DNA of 64,000 bases, taken from Candidatus Velthaea sp. (lineage in GTDB: Bacteria; Vulcanimicrobiota; Vulcanimicrobiia; Vulcanimicrobiales; Vulcanimicrobiaceae). Made by a program: the position numbers and the translations under genes. Shown here piece after piece: positions 62,259 to 64,000 of this stretch (the stretch's first letter is position 1; each line of letters opens with the position of its first letter). Where the stretch lies: assembly GCA_050012475.1 (NCBI GenBank), contig JBEKHC010000013.1, forward strand, positions 1-64,000. The letters are read 5' to 3'. The notes under the pieces were generated by a model that had not been told where the DNA came from, ran no database searches, and saw only the letters and a list, made by a program, of their open reading frames with translations.

Positions 62259-63155
62259 ATGATCGCCGCGCACCTCATCGTCGGCCGCAATGAGGAGTCG
62301 TTTCTGCCGGCGCTGCTGCGCAGTCTCGAAGACGTCGTCGACCGCGTCGTCGTCAACGACAACAGCGAAGCTCCCGCCGGCCCCAACGCGCGCGCGCTCG
62401 CGGAGTCGGCGTTTGCCGCGCGCGGCGATCTCATCGTCGACCGCGCGCCCTTCGTCGACTTCGCCGCGGCGCGCAACCGCACGCTCGACCTGCATCGGCG
62501 GCTGGGGTTGGGCGAGTGGGCCGCGTTCGTGGATGCCGACGAAGTCCACCGTCCGATCGCGGCGACCATCGCCCGGAACTTGTCGCAGCTGCCGCCCGGC
62601 ATCGCGATCGTCGACGGCTACACGCGCCACTATTTCCAGTCGTTCCGCCTGTATACGTCGATCGAGCGCCGCATGAGTTTTTTTCGCGTCACGCCCGGCG
62701 TGCGGTGGACCGGACGCGTCCACGAACGGCTGGCGGGCGTTACCGGCAGCCGGCTTGCAATCCCCTATGTGTACGACCACTACGGCGCCGTGTTTTCGAT
62801 GCACCGCCAAGCCGCCAAAGGCCGGCAGTATTCGAGTTTGGGTCAAGCCGGTTCGATCGTCGCGGAGGAAGACGAACCCAACGTTCGCGTCATCGACTAT
62901 TTTCACGCGCTCTGGCCGCTGGTCTTGCGCTATCACGGCGACCACCCGCCGGCCGTCGCCGATCTTCGCGCCGCGCTCGAACGCAGCGAACACGAGCGGT
63001 TTCTCTGGAGTGAGCACACGGCCGCGCAATTCCAGCCGCTGCACGTGCGCGCCGCGAACCTCGTGCGGCGCGCGAACTTCGAGTACCGGTGGCGCGGCCG
63101 CGCGCTCGATCCGCGCGCCCAGCGTCTGATGCGCCCCGGCGAAAAGCCGCGCTAA
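62259..63155 (+). CDS. GT2-like glycosyltransferase
   Basis: NEESFL, FAAARN, DADE, WTGRVHE. Confidence 0.85.
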   Translation: MIAAHLIVGRNEESFLPALLRSLEDVVDRVVVNDNSEAPAGPNARALAESAFAARGDLIVDRAPFVDFAAARNRTLDLHRRLGLGEWAAFVDADEVHRPIAATIARNLSQLPPGIAIVDGYTRHYFQSFRLYTSIERRMSFFRVTPGVRWTGRVHERLAGVTGSRLAIPYVYDHYGAVFSMHRQAAKGRQYSSLGQAGSIVAEEDEPNVRVIDYFHALWPLVLRYHGDHPPAVADLRAALERSEHERFLWSEHTAAQFQPLHVRAANLVRRANFEYRWRGRALDPRAQRLMRPGEKPR

Positions 63156-63259
63156 GACCCGCACGAACGCGCGCCGGCGCTGCGCCGGACCTTGCTGCGG
63201 CGACCGCCGGCGTGAACGATGGCACAACGCTTTTCAAATCGTCCACCATTGGAGGTTTC

Positions 63260-64000
63260 GTGAACATCGATCCTGCGCGCCCGAATCGGGCCGTCATCCC
63301 CGGGAGCGAGAAGTCTGCCGATCCGCGCGCGACGATCGTCGCCGGCGTCGATCCGAACGAACGCATCGCGGTCACCGTTCGACTGCGCCCCGATCAGCCG
63401 ATCCCCGACGGCTACGCCGGGCAGCCACCCGAAGAATTCGAGCGCCTTCACGGCGCGCGTCCGGCCGACGTCGCCGGCGTCAGCTCGTTCGCGCAGGAGT
63501 ACGGGTTGGACGTGGACCGCGTGAGCGTCGCCGAGCGAACGGTCAAGCTCAGCGGTACGGCAGCGGAGATGCGGCAAGCTTTCGACGTCGACCTGGCCCA
63601 TTTTCAAACGCCCGAAGAAACTTACCGCGGACGCGTCGGCACGATCAGCGTTCCACAATCGTTGGCCGAGGCGGTCACCAGCGTCACCGGGCTCGATGAC
63701 GGTACCGTTTCCACACCGCATCGCGTCACCGCCGAAGCGACGGCGGCAAACCCGGGATTCACGCCGCTCGACGTCGCACGCGCGTACAAGTTTCCGGCCG
63801 GCGACGGAACCGGCGAGCACGTCGCGGTCATTTCTTTAGGCGGGCGCTACGACGACCGGGTGCAGGCGGCGTATCAAAAAGCGCTGGGCATCGCGCACGT
63901 GCCCTTCAATGTCGTGAAAGTCGACGGCGGGGCGGACCAACCCACCGACGCCGGCCCGACCGGCGAAAACATGCTCGACGCCGAGATGATCGGCACGCTG
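63260..64000 (+). CDS. S53 (kumamolisin/sedolisin) peptidase, runs off window
   Basis: RBS GGAGG + GTG; pro-domain VTVRLR..LSGT..YRGRVG; FTPLDVARAYKFP; GENMLDAE (catalytic E-x3-D). Confidence 0.9.
   Translation, partial: MNIDPARPNRAVIPGSEKSADPRATIVAGVDPNERIAVTVRLRPDQPIPDGYAGQPPEEFERLHGARPADVAGVSSFAQEYGLDVDRVSVAERTVKLSGTAAEMRQAFDVDLAHFQTPEETYRGRVGTISVPQSLAEAVTSVTGLDDGTVSTPHRVTAEATAANPGFTPLDVARAYKFPAGDGTGEHVAVISLGGRYDDRVQAAYQKALGIAHVPFNVVKVDGGADQPTDAGPTGENMLDAEMIGTL

Overview
High-GC bacterial chromosome window. Gene style and the apt-relA and rpsF-ssb neighbourhoods are compatible with a soil terrabacterium such as Eremiobacterota (inference only). The left ~39.7 kb is mostly an accessory patchwork with many gene relics. 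It includes: (i) a candidate stress/defence island at 7.7-15.4 kb, made of a WYL regulator divergent from a coupled YbjN-like gene and an ADP-ribosylglycohydrolase, a small Cys-rich protein, a Phd-VapC TA pair and an orphan MORC/GHKL-type ATPase; degenerate copies of that ATPase's own 5' part (11.6-12.2 kb) and 3' end (22.5-22.7 kb) flank neighbouring cargo; (ii) a signalling cluster with a nonsense-interrupted PAS-GGDEF, a frameshifted cupredoxin plus SCO, an MCP with a CZB domain, and a photoactive-yellow-protein (PYP)-GGDEF-EAL fusion; (iii) rpsF-ssb without rpsR but with an S6:S18-type leader; (iv) a duplicated, partly collapsed vWA / kinase / heme-c DUF3365-HAMP / BTAD module. The right ~24 kb is orderly: oligopeptidase B, a ~14 kb sugar/polyol catabolic cluster resembling apiose (apulose-transketolase) loci with a perfect 24-bp operator, Uma2, relA, apt, two glycosyltransferases and a partial S53 peptidase. 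No rRNA, tRNA, CRISPR array, integrase or transposase was recognised.
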